From Octopus vulgaris (taxonomy: Eukaryota), in the NCBI GenBank assembly GCA_951406725.2, contig OX597823.1, forward strand, positions 86,304,001-86,368,000: a DNA stretch of 64,000 bases. Reading direction: 5' to 3'. Shown here piece after piece: positions 29,527 to 42,636 of this stretch. The first letter of the stretch is position 1, and every line of letters begins with the position of its first letter. The position numbers and the translations under genes were made by a program. Below the pieces are notes generated by a model. That model did not search any database. It saw only the letters and a program-made list of their open reading frames with translations, and had not been told where the DNA came from.

Positions 29527-29618
29527 GTACAAACACACCCATGCTTACATGTACATGCACACATGCACACACTCGCCGCGCACACATTCATGCACGCGCA
29601 CACTCACACACACATATA

Positions 29619-29835
29619 AGGCGTGTGCTGGCGGAATAGTTAGCACGCCGGGAGAAAATGCTTTACGGCGTTTCATCCATCTTTTCGTTCTGAGTTCAAA
29701 TTCCACCGAGATAGACTTTGTCTTACCTCCTTTCGGGGTCGATAAAATAAGTACCAGTTGAACAACAGGGGCTATATAATCATCTTACCCCCTTCCTCGA
29801 AATGGCTTGATTTGTTCCCAAATTTGAAATCAATA
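29619..29835 (+). mobile_element. SINE-A monomer
   Basis: ggcgtgtgctggcggaatagttagcacgccgg...gagttcaaattcc...ggggtcgataaaataagtaccag. Confidence 0.8.
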
Positions 29836-30164
29836 TTATTTTTATATTGCATTTTTTGTTCTCTTATATCACGTTTTCATTTTATTTATAGACAAATTAA
29901 AATTTTACCCTACTGATAATGGTGTTTAGATAGCTGGTGTTTAGTATATAGTGTCTAAAAGACGAATGAAGACGCTTGATCTGTACTTGCTGTCCACCAA
30001 TTTGTTTACTCATTAACAAATAAACGGTGAGGATATAGTTTTTTTTATGTGTTCTTAAATAACTAAAATGATTTATCCTCAATGTAAAATACTCTTTCTA
30101 GTTTATAAATATTTTATATTTGTGACAAAAATGTGCTGAAGATGAAACACATTGGTTAGCATAC

Positions 30165-30580
30165 TCTCTCTTTTACTCTCTTACTTGTTTCAGTCATTTG
30201 AAAGTGGCCATGTTGGAGCACCACTTTAGTCGAGCAAATCGACCCCACGACTTATTTTTTGGAAGCCTAGTACTTATTCTATCAGTCTCTTATGCTGAAC
30301 CGCTAAGTTACGGGGACGTAACCACACCAGCATCGGTTGTCAAGCAATGTTGAGAGGGGGCAAACACAGACACACAAACATATACACACAAATTCATATA
30401 TATATACATAAATACGACGGGCTTCTTTCTGTTTTCGTCTACCAAATCCACTCACAAATCTTTTGTCGACCTGTGGTTATAGTAGAAGACACTTGCCCAA
30501 GGTGCCACGCAGTGGGACTGAACGCGGAACCATGTGGTGGGTAAGCAAGCTACTTACCACACAGCCACTCCTACGCCTAT
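30165..30580 (-). mobile_element. SINE-B, full length
   Basis: Reverse complement starts ggcgtaggagtggctgtgtggtaagtagc and carries the CORE-like block and tail. Confidence 0.88.
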
Positions 30581-31085
30581 GTTTGTTTCCAAAGTTTATT
30601 AATCGTTTGAAATGAAACGTAATTACCAAGACAAAAAGAAGGCCATTGAAAATGTCTGTTATAATAAAAGAAAGATATGAAACGATTCTTGCTTTTGATA
30701 TTCTGATGATATTGAGGGAAGTAAAATGTCAATCTAACGAAATTCAGATTCAGTAAAAATTGGTTGCCTCAATCTTTGCGAGTGAAACAGCAGTTATGTA
30801 TATCATTGAGTTGGGTATTGAACGGTTAAAAATGGCTGATGGCATAACACTGTGTACAATAGTTGAAGAATAAAAGCAAACCTAGTATATAATTCTATGT
30901 TGAAGGAAGCAGCTTCTTACTGTGGCGATCTGATAAAAAGCTAACATAATTTGTGATAATCCACACTGTTGTTATGGTACCTTGCAGCATTTAAAATATT
31001 TGCAGTGTTTCATATGTAGGGCAAGTCGACATGGAATAGTTCTTCTCTGGTGGAGTCCTCAGTGGTATTTCCTGCAGCAATGTCA

Positions 31086-31483
31086 GTGGAGGCGCAATGG
31101 CCCAGTAGTTAGGGCAGCGGACTCACGGTCGGAGGATCGCGGTTTCGATACCCAGACCGGGCGTTGTGTGTGTTTATTGAGCGAAAACACCTAAAAGCTC
31201 CACGAGGCTCTGGCAGGGGGTGGTGGCGACTCCTGTTGTACTCTTTCGCTCCAACTTTCTCTCACTCTTTCTTCCTGTTTCTTTCCCCGACTTCCTACGC
31301 AACCGCTGAGCCTGGATGTGCATTCATCCATCCATCGATGCTCTCAGTGTCGGGGGTTGACCTGCTTTCTCTTCGGCAGGTTCTACGAATAGCAAAGGAC
31401 CACGTTTCGGACTTCTCCCACTATCCTGAGGCGCGATCTTGCGAGCTCTGAGACGAAGACCACTTTGCTCAACAAACAAACAA
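31086..31483 (+). mobile_element. SINE-C with alternative tail (type 2), (CAAA)n end and 12-bp TSD
   Basis: tRNA-like head ggcgcaatggcccagtagttagg...ggtttcgataccc. TSD gcagcaatgtca at 31074-31085 and 31484-31495. Confidence 0.88.
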
Positions 31484-31500
31484 GCAGCAATGTCACTCAA

Positions 31501-31820
31501 CAAATCACCAATAATTATAAAGAGTTGCCACAGCAGGGAATGACTTCCCGATACTTATAAAGGGTTGCTACCACCGAGAATGAACCCCCGATACTTATGA
31601 AGGGCTACTCCCGTTACGAACGAATAATCCATACTTATTAAGAATTGCCACTACTGAGAGCGATTCTCCGATACTTACAAAGGGTTGTCAATCCTGAGAA
31701 CGAATCAACTATATCTATGAAGGGTTCCCTACTACTGAACATGAATCACTGATATTATAAAGAGTGGCCGCTACTAAGAACGAACTCCGGATACTTCTAA
31801 AGGGTTGCTACTGCTATGAG
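31501..31820. repeat. Diverged 40-bp minisatellite, ~8 units
   Basis: An atacttataaagggttgc-like motif recurs at 31511, 31551, 31591, 31631, 31671, 31711, ~31752 and 31791. Confidence 0.85.
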
Positions 31821-32720
31821 TAGTACAGTGTTACTGCTTGGTGATACCTCTTCATAACTCGGTGAACTATAATATTTAAGAGTTAAAGCCTGTTGGCCAG
31901 CGCCGAGGCATAATTGACGTTAACAGGATACGAAACATCTGCTTCGTCCGATATTCTATCAACGCAGCCATCTGTTCTCTCTGTGGTGTTGAAATATAAA
32001 TGCATAGAAATTAAGCATAAGTCCATTTTAATTTCCTTAGCATTCAGAGAATAAAACTCATTCTTCCCGTTTATATTTGATTCATATTTGATCAATGAAT
32101 TCTATTTCTTTTTATATACTATTTTACTCTTTCTCGTTTTCTTTTCCAACGCCATAATTGACAATTTATCAAGAATAATAAACAGAAACATTCTCATTTC
32201 TGTGGAACTCTTATAACATATAAATTCATTGATTTCTAAAGCAGTTCGGTGACGCTATATTTAACAAGTAATTCGCCGACTTTCAGCAAGAATCTAGCTA
32301 CATTTAATTTCCCTTTGATTTTTGCATTATGGTCAAATGTTAAACTCTCTATGAAAGTTTCACTGAAAGCTGAAATATATTTTCATTTATCAAATTGACA
32401 GAAGACCAAAAACGGTCGAACTTTTTCTTTTAGACTCTTGCTAATTTAAAAGATTTCATATGAACCCACTATTTCCATAATATCCTCAAAAGCAAAAGCT
32501 GCTTTGTTGATGACATTATTGTGATTTCCTCTTAATATTTTATATAGTATGATTTAAAGACGACTCCTGCTCTTCTTACAACGCTCACGTTGTTCACATT
32601 ACAATTTTAATAACATATCAGTTTGGATAATAGAATATACCGTAGTTACATATTTTATTTGTAATTCAAACAGCTATTTTTAAGGCTACTCTATAGCCAT
32701 TCCTTCTTGTTCTCATTCTC

Positions 32721-32774
<54 letters not shown>

Positions 32775-32775
32775 G

Positions 32776-32834
<59 letters not shown>

Positions 32835-34210
32835 TCCAGTTTTCTGCAAATTCTTTTCAGCATTTATGTTTCTCTGATAAGAAATATTCAGTTCGTGAAT
32901 TGAATTTATTTCCAGGCTTTAGTGGATAACAAAATAAATCTTCCCCACCTCGCACCGCCATTTCAGCCACCATCTTTTTTTTATGTAATTTTCGGTTTTA
33001 CGTCTAATGGGAGAACTTAAATAAACTAATGCGTTTCGTGTATTTCAAAATCACGATCTCATTATGTATTGTAATAGTGACACTTCACGTCTGTTCAAAG
33101 TAGATTTTTCTCTAAATTACTTTCGATTCCGAAATATTTTCTTGAAATAAATGTGTTCTGCTTCTGTTCAAATTCGGAATTGATAAAATGATTCCGTGAT
33201 TTCTTTTACTTTGCTGAGAAGATAACAAAGTCTTCAATACTTTCTAAAATAACCGACCTGTACAGACAGAAGAGCTAAGAATTGTAAGCAAAGGGGTTCC
33301 AATGAAATAAAATACACCGAATCATCCACTTTCAGTGAATGGCGTACTCTAACCCAATGGAGTTTAAATTTGACAAAAGTTCACAAATATGAAGTTTTGG
33401 TGCTGAATTGATTAAATCTACCCCAGGATTTTAATGTTACTTATTTTTATCTATCATTCTTGAATCAGTTGTAAGTAGTATCCTGATGAGATCTAAACCT
33501 AGCTAAGCACTGCAAAAATATCTAATTCAATATTGGTGGTAAAAATCTCTCGGGAGGGTTGAACAGCAGTATGTCTTCTGAGAAGAAACCCCGTTTCAAG
33601 TAAGTTATTTCGCCCTTAGTTTCAAGTAAGTTATTTCGACCGGTCCACATCCAGGTCTTGAGTCCTGGCTGCTCTTCTGTTGACACTTCTTAGCTACTTA
33701 TAATCAGACTTTAATCTGTACATTTAAGCTGTATGGAGACAACTATGGCAGAAACATGCCCAAAGCGCCGTGATGTGGGACGGAACCATGTAGTTTACAA
33801 ATCAAGTTTTTTAAACTCACAGTAATGCCTTCGCCTACATATAAGTTTTACAGTATTGAATTATAGCTGCATCCCTGTCATATTTTCTTCTGAAATATTT
33901 GCCATAATGTACTATAATACAAGGAGTGCTTCATCAAGTTAATTACTTAGTCAATGACAACGAATGAATAATTTCAGATAGAGGTGTAGCTATTATGTCG
34001 CCGATAAGGTCTTTGCATAGCAGTTAGTGTTTCCTGCCACCATACACCACCCTGTCACTGCACAGCCAGAGCCTTCTACTATACTCTCGGCGTAACCAGT
34101 AATTTATTTCAGAAGAATTTCCTAGACGGTGACTGTGCGTAATATGTTAGTATGCATGTGAATAATACATTCAAGTATACATACACATATACATACATTC
34201 AAACATACAC

Positions 34211-34310
<100 letters not shown>

Positions 34311-34404
34311 AATCATGTGGTTTGTAGTAGATACATAATTCTGGTGACATGCAAGGACACAGAAATCATGATTTAGCAGTTCCATCCCCGATCATGGACG
34401 CTTT

Positions 34405-34620
34405 TCGTTTGCTAATCCCCAAAAAACGAAGAACAAGCACAAAAGAAACAACAACTCGATGACGTGGTACATGTAAAGTATTAGCAGACGCTCAGGGAAC
34501 GAAAGAAAGGTGGTTTAACATTTCGAGTAAAGCTCTTCTTCAGAAAAAGAGAAAAGTCCAATGGAAAAGGAAGATGGAGGAAAAACAAAATTGCCAACGA
34601 TTCACATGTGGTTACATATA
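34405..34620 (-). mobile_element. ~210-bp repeat carrying a minimal hammerhead motif (family F4, 34513-34546)
   Basis: Minus strand: ttt-CTGAAGA-a-gagc-ttt-actc-GAAATGTT-aaac. Homologous over its length to 50810-51005. Confidence 0.65.
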
Positions 34621-34623
34621 CAC

Positions 34624-34745
<122 letters not shown>

Positions 34746-35256
34746 TGTATGAGTGTGTACTAGTCAAAGAGATTCCAACATAGATTATATATCATTGTAT
34801 TATTTACTTTATGTAGTCTCAATGACTTTCATGTTTTACAACATCTGGTAAATATTTACATAGCAATACTAAGAATAGCTAGGCAGCTTTGCTGTGTAGT
34901 TAAACATAGATAATCTATAATATACTTTCAGCTTCACAACAGTTTATGTGTAAATGCTAATTTTGTAGATCATATTATATTGAAGATCCATATTTTGTCG
35001 ATCCAGAAATGCTTTGAATTTGAACAATAAACTTAACATGAATTTATTAAATTGACAGGAATTTATAAAATTCAAATTTTTAAAAAATCCTGCAGCAAGA
35101 TTTCAAATGAATACTCAGTGGGATCTTTATGTCACTTAGGTGAATACTTTGCCGTTGATATACTCGCATGCGTCCATTTTTTCATTGTCTGGTAAATTTA
35201 TGTTTTCAAATGTACAGGCATTTAATATGCTTAAGCCATTTTCTCGTTTTAATCTC

Positions 35257-35779
35257 CGGCGTGACTGTGTAGTAAAGAGCTTGCTTTCCACCTACACGTT
35301 TCCGGGTTCACTCCCACTGCGTGACACATTGGTCAAGTGTCTTCTGCTATAGCCTCGGGCCGAACAAAGCCTTGTGAATGGATTTGGTATACGTAAACAG
35401 AAAGAAGCCCATTGTATATATATGTATGTATATATACATACACACACACACATATATATATATTTGTTGGCATCCTTTTTGTCTCGGGAGACAATGGAGT
35501 TGCGCATAAAGTAGTCTAGTCGGGCTTTTACATTTCATATCCTGATAATTTTCCTGCTGTGGCTGTGTAGTCCTATCCTGGGCAAACACTCCCTCTGGCA
35601 GGTACCGCAAATGTAGCGAAGACTGTTCCTGGCTGGTTGTAATGCCATAGTTTCTTGTTGACGTCTTTTCTTGTCTTTCCATTTCTTCTCTCTCTCTCTG
35701 TCACTCCTTTGTATTCCCTCTTTTACGGTACGTTGCCAGTCTCCACGGTTGCCGGCAACTGCCTCCCAACCGCTAATAT

Positions 35780-35821
<42 letters not shown>

Positions 35822-36057
35822 ATATATACCTATATGTTTGTGTGTCTGTATTTATCCCCCGCCCCACCATCGTTTGACAACTGATGTTGATGTGTTTACG
35901 TCTCCGTAACGTAACGCAAAAAGCGACCGATAGAATAAGTACTAGGCTTATAAAGAATAAGTCATGGGTCTATTTCATCGATAAAAGGCAGTGCTCCAGC
36001 ATGGTCGCAGTCAAAGCACTGAAACAAGTAAAAGAATATGAAAGAATAAAAGAATAT
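35257..36057 (+). mobile_element. SINE-B split by an RTE LINE insertion
   Basis: The 5' half (35257-35460) and 3' half (35785-36057) flank the RTE fragment. Confidence 0.82.
35466..35784 (-). mobile_element. RTE-clade LINE 3' fragment (C-terminal zinc knuckle and 3' UTR)
   Basis: WEAVAGNRGDWQRTVKEG...YICGTCQRECLPRIGLHSHSR is a typical RTE/BovB-like C-terminus; 3' end ccattgtctcccgagac...atgccaac. Confidence 0.82.
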
Positions 36058-36582
36058 ATGCATTTGTTAGTAGATTTATTTCGATCTGAGTTGTGATATT
36101 AACCAGATCGTGTAGATTGACACGAAACACAGATTGTCACCACTCGTAGATATTGGAAAGCTTTTACGGTTGTTCTTTAGAATAAACTTTACTTTGTCAA
36201 CAATTTTTGATGATATAAATACTTGAGTAAAATGACAGACAATGTCCAAACGATTTCTACTTGAACAAAAATACCCAACCTTTTTTATGCAAAATAGTAT
36301 ATACCGCGCAAAACAAACTCTCACAGAAAAACGTTGAGCTAGTGAATAGTCCCACGCAACAGGATATAGAATTTTTGTGATAAAAAATTATCCAAGCCAC
36401 CAGAATATTTTAGAATGGTTGTATACTGTCAATCTAACAAGAACGTGACAGTAGGAGGTACACCACCGCTGTATAGCCCTAGGAAGCATCGAACGCCTCC
36501 TGATGGCTTTGACACATTTTTCCCTGTGTCCTTATATACATTTATGAAGGGGAGACAAACACCCCCGGCTGCCGGAACTGCA

Positions 36583-36627
36583 TCTAGGGACACGTGTTTC
36601 AGGATCGTTGTCCTTCATCGGCCTAGA
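36583..36627 (-). ncRNA. Type-I hammerhead ribozyme motif (family F2), minus copy
   Basis: Exact reverse complement of 36872-36916. Confidence 0.75.
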
Positions 36628-36871
36628 GTAGCAGACACCGGTCAGCCGGTGATATTTGCCTCGACTTCGTATTTGTATATATCTATATTCAGTGAAGTCT
36701 ATTCACTGATTATCAAAATAAGAAATATTGAATTTCTAAATCTCTCGTAGAGACATGTACGGTGGTGGGGCGATAGAATGGTTGTATACTGTCAATCTAA
36801 CAATCACTGAATATAGATATATACAAATACGAAGTCGAGGCAAATATCACCGGCTGACCGGTGTCTGCTAC

Positions 36872-36916
36872 TCTAGGCCGATGAAGGACAACGATCCTGA
36901 AACACGTGTCCCTAGA
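36872..36916 (+). ncRNA. Type-I hammerhead ribozyme motif (family F2), plus copy
   Basis: tctagg-CCGATGA-agga-caacga-tcct-GAAAC-ACGT-GTC-cctaga: perfect 6-bp stem I, 4-bp stem II, palindromic stem III, GUC triplet. Helix I extends via ccggctg/cagccgg. Confidence 0.78.
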
Positions 36917-37399
36917 TGCAGTTCCGGCAGCCGGGGGTGTTTGTCTCCCCTTCGTAAATGTATATAAGGACACAGGGAAAAATGTGTCAAAGCCATCAGG
37001 AGGCGTTCGATGCTTCCTATGGCTATACAGCGGTAGTGTACCCCCTACTGTCACGTTCTTGTTAGATTGACAGTATACATCCATTCTATCGCCCACCACC
37101 GTACATGTCTCTACGAGAGATTTAGAAATTCAATATTTCTTACAGAATATTTTAGTATCACTAAATCAAATTTCTCGCATTGTTCAAATTAATAACTTAA
37201 AAGTTGCAATTACAAAAAAAAAAAAAAAAATTCAATACAAACGACAACCCCAAATTTTGAAATGCTTAGTTATTAGAAATTCTTTATTAGAACGCACCCG
37301 AGTATACCGTCAGCAAATCAGGGATCATCATGTCAGACTAATTACACTAAGCAGACATTTGGAAATATGCTACAATAATTTTTTAATGTATATTTTCAT

Positions 37400-40187
37400 C
37401 ACCGACAGGAAAGAAAGGAGTCACGGAGGTGTTGCTATGTACATCCGTGAGGACCTCACACCCCAGGTCCTCTTGTCATACTCAAACTCGGTGTGTGACA
37501 CACTAATTGTACATATTAGGCAACTTGATGTAGTTGTGTGTGCTACATATCGCCCTCCAGATGCCCCAAGCCATGTGGGCAAGTTTGAAGACTGCCTTAT
37601 AAAAATAGAAGAAATTCTAACCACATTAGAACAACACGTAGGTGTGCTTCTTATGGGAGACTTCAATCTGCCCAATGTCAGATGGCCCGAGGGCCTTTCT
37701 CTCCCAGGAATGACAAGATGTGAACGAGGACAGGCGAGGTCCCTCCTGAACCTCATCAACACCCTGTACATGGAGCAGGTAATACTCCAACCAACCAGGG
37801 CAGGTAACACACTGGATCTCTGCTTCACAAATGACATGGATCTCATCCATAATGTGAAAGTGACACCGACACTACTCTCGGATCACAACATGATAGAGCT
37901 GACCATGTACGGGCCAAAAGAGAGCACGGGCATGCAGCCTACAAGAAACCCTCAAAATCCTTCCAGCTTGAACTACCATAAGGCAAACTGGAAACAAATT
38001 GAGAAAGAGATCCTCAAACAAAACTGGCCTAAATGTCTCTCCTCGCCAGACATCGACGTGAAACTTCAACAATTCATGTCTGTAATGCAAGCCATATGCT
38101 ACAAATGTGTCCCAGAGAGAAAGGCCACTGTACACAAGAACAAAATCCCCAGAGAGAGGAAAATTTTAATGAGACGGCGTACGAAATTTTCAAATCGCCT
38201 AAACAAACAGATTGAAAGCAGTGAAAAGTCCCGCCTAAAAATAAAACTGTTGGAAATCGAAAAATGTCTGCAACTCTCCCATGAAAAAGAAAGAGCAGAC
38301 AAAGAAGCCTGGGCTATAGAAAACATAAAATCTAACCCCAGAGCTTTCTACAGGTATGCCAAAGAAACAGCTACAGTGCACTGTAGAATAGGGCCACTCC
38401 TCGAAAAGGATGGCACACTTACAGGAAAACCAATGAGGGTAAGTGAAATACTGAATGAGCAATTCAAGAGTGTTTTCACTCCACCCCTTGGGCATCTCCA
38501 AATCACCAACCCAACTGACTTTTTTACCACTGCAGATATAAAATCAGAGGCGGCGACGATAGATTACATCGATATAAAGGAAGACGATGTAACCAAGGCT
38601 ATAGATGAAATGAAAACAGACTCAGCTACTGGCCCCGATGGATTCCCGGCAATCCTCCTAAAAGCATGTAAGAGAGTCCTAGCAAGACCACTGCAGTTCC
38701 TCTTTCAGAGCTTCCTTGCAGCTGGCAAACTTCCAGGAAAACTGAAGGAAGGTAAAATATGCCTCATTCATAAAGGAGGTAGCAGAGCGGAAGCCAAGAA
38801 CTATAGACCTATCTCTCTGACCTCACACATCAGCAAGGTCATGGAACGAATAGTCAGAAGGAAGCTGATCACCTTCCTTGAAGAGAATGACTTGCTGCCC
38901 GACACCCAACATGGTTTCCGACCAGGGAGAAGCTGTTTAACTCAGCTCCTAGAACACTATGACTGGGTGCTGAAACGGCTGCTCAACCACTCAAATGTGG
39001 AAGTGATCTATCTCGACTTTGCAAAGGCCTTTGATAAAGTCGATCATGGAATGATATGTCACAAACTGCGTGATCTCAACATAGTTGGAAAACTGGGAGA
39101 ATGGCTTCATGACTTTCTGAAGGATAGAAGTCAGGTGGTAGTAGCCAATGTGGCCACCTCCATTAACACACAAATAATGAGCGGTGTTCCGCAGGGCACT
39201 GTTCTGGGACCACTACTGTTCATAATGGCCCTCTCAGACATGCCCTCAGCCACGCAGAGAGCCACGATCACAAGTTATGCAGATGATACAAAAGTTTCAC
39301 AGGCAATACAGAACCCTGAGGACACTAAACACCTGCAATGTGAGCTGGACGAAATATACAAGTGGGCTGAAAAGAATAGCATGCAGTTCAATGCTGGAAA
39401 GTTTCAAGCTTTATACTATCAGCATGCAAAACTGAATGCAATACCCAATGAATACACTGGACCCGGAGGGATTGCAATCCCAGAGGCACAATCAGTGCGT
39501 GACCTGGGTATTCACATGAGTGATGACGCGACCTTTCATGTACATGTTGCTAAACTGACAATGAAATGTAGACGGCTGGCTGGATGGATTCTTAGAACCT
39601 TTAGAACAAGAGAACAAGAAACCATGATGGTCCTCTGGAAGACACTTGTCCTAAGCCACTTTGACTATTGCTCTCAGTTATGGTCACCATCCAGTGTCAA
39701 GTTGATCACAGAACTTGAGGCGATCCAACGAAGCTACACGAAGAAGATAGCCTCTATGCAGAATGTAAGCTACTGGGAAAGACTCAAGAGATTAAAATTA
39801 TATTCCCTGGAGCGTAGGCGGGAAAGATATGCCATAAAATACATCTGGAAGATCCTGGAGGGAAGTGTCCTGAACTTTGGCATCGAGAGTTACGCAAATG
39901 CCAGAACTAGGCGCCACTGCGTGGTGCCTAGGACTCCAAACCTGCCATCAAGATGTAGGACAAGATTCTGTGATAGCCTGGGCTTCCGAGGCCCACAGCT
40001 CTTCAATATCCTCCCGAAGAACCTGAGAGACCTGCATGGGGTGGATACAGATGTCTTTAAAATGAAGCTGGATCTCTTCCTGTCAGGTGTCCCAGATGAA
40101 CCAACTTCACGGCAGGAGGGGCAGATGAGGGCAGCTGCATCGAATTCTCTCATGCACCAAATAGCAGTTGCTAGAAAGCCCCCATGA
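37400..40187 (+). CDS. LINE ORF2 (partial APE endonuclease + reverse transcriptase), CR1/L2-group, 5'-truncated but with no stops or frameshifts
   Basis: APE motifs GGVAMY, YRPP, MGDFNLP, PTRAGNTLDL, SDH. RT motifs GPDG, NYRPISLTS, QHGFRPGRSC, YLDFAKAFDKV, GVPQGTVLGP, YADD, RDLG. Sequence upstream of ~37400 is AT-rich flank, so the listed start at 37257 is fortuitous. Confidence 0.95.
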
Positions 40188-40274
40188 AGTGAAACCAAGT
40201 AGCAACACCAAATGGCGGTGCCCCAGCATGGCCACAGCTCATAAGCTGAAACTAGAATCAATCAATCAATCAAT
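37400..40274 (+). mobile_element. Young 5'-truncated LINE with short 3' UTR and (ATCA)n tail
   Basis: Intact ORF; 3' UTR ...ggcggtgccccagcatggccacagctcataagctgaaactag followed by aatcaatcaatcaatcaat. Confidence 0.92.
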
Positions 40275-41812
40275 TATGGCTTTATGGATTCAAAGTAATC
40301 TAAAATAAATGCAAAAGAGAAATTTTCATTCAGAAAAATCAAAGTAATTCTAAATGACAATGATATCAATTCATTTGGTCTCAATATAACATTCACTAAG
40401 AAATTCTTGCACAGCTAGAATATTTTATAGACTTTCGTTTTAGATACACTGTAACGAAAGTTAGTTATAGTCTTATGTAAACACTTGCATAACTGTTGTT
40501 ATAAAACCAGAAAGTACTTGGGAAGATGCAAATATATAATTGAAAAATAAAATCTGAAAATCCGGCTAGGTTTGAATTTCATTGAATAATGTATTACCAT
40601 GCATAGCCTAACAATCTGTAAAGTGTATGTGTTGGAGTAGTGCATATGCTTCAGCGCGTATGTGAGCGTGAGATCATTGTGTATGTATAGTTCATATATC
40701 CAATACATTCACATTCACATATTTATACTAAACAATCTGTCCTTAGTAATTTGTCTTGAATAATACTAGACCTGACCACAAGATTGACACGAAACCACAA
40801 AATCATCTTAATTAAAAAAAATCATCGTAATTAAAAAATCATGTTAATTAAAAAAACAAAAGGTGCTGCTATATATATACAGACACTCCAACCAGCCATT
40901 TTCAATAACGTTGTTAGCAACAGAAGGTACAGAGCTAAAGCTTTAATCACCGACCTAGAATTATTCTACAATGAACCATAAAAGTTGCTGAGTTCGAAAA
41001 AATGTATATACCCAAAATCAGAACCATGAACCGTAAATTAACAAAATCTAGAACATCAGTGGACACTTGAATCAACTTTCCCTTCGTCATTAACGTAACA
41101 ACAAATGATTCAAAGAACTTACTAATATTAATCACTAGATATTTGTTAACTAACAATAGATGTGATGATAGGAATCCAAATTGATACGATGAAGTTAGTT
41201 AAAACTTCATTAAAATCATATAATTTCGTCCAAGCCATATCAAATCATTGACCTTGAATACACACCTACACACCAAAAACGGATGCGATACCAACGAATT
41301 AAAATCTTTAAGTGTGAATAGGCTGTGAAAGGAAATAATCTACAAGACAAAAATGATTGAACAAATGACTAAACAAGCAGATACAAAAACCTACATTTAA
41401 TAAACAAAAAAAAATGTCAACACCATATGCATTGAATACATACGAGTGTTTCATAAAATTTACGAAAAATGTATGATGATTCCACTTCCTCAACGTATAT
41501 TTGGGATTCGAAGGAAAATATTTAAAAAAGAAATATAAAGAGGATAATGCCATTCTTCCCATAAATGGATCCATGATATAGTCTATACAAAGCTCTCAAA
41601 TTAGTAAAACAATTCTGCAGAATACAGTTCTATATTTAAGAGATGAGGAATTATGTACGTTATTTACATTATTTTCATTATTTACATTTGACGGATATTC
41701 GTCCTCATCTTGTTTGCTGTTAACACAACGTTTCGGCTGATATAACTTCCAGTCTTCATCGGGTGTCTTGGGGGAAATTTCGAACCTGGGTTCTCATTCC
41801 TAAGGTATTTTT

Positions 41813-42636
<824 letters not shown>

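Larger units (their letters stand above)
36414..37142. mobile_element. Hammerhead-containing retrozyme/Penelope-pLTR-like insertion: permuted 363-nt unit plus inverted copy, 13-bp TSD
   Basis: TSD cagaatattttag at 36401-36413 and 37143-37155. aatggttgtatactgtcaatctaacaa recurs at 36414 and 36777. 36804-37142 is the reverse complement of 36720-36776 joined to 36414-36694. Confidence 0.85.

Noticed and set aside
31501-31820. CRISPR-like repeat-spacer appearance
   Set aside because: The variable halves are homologous to each other, the repeats are not identical, there are no cas genes and the context is eukaryotic. Treated as a minisatellite.
33483-33530. CTGATGA followed by gatct as a hammerhead
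   Set aside because: No stem II closing onto GAAA and no stem I partner was found.
37257-37399. N-terminal 48 codons of the 976-aa ORF
   Set aside because: AT-rich flank with a non-ATG start and no APE motifs; it is in frame by chance upstream of the 5' truncation point.
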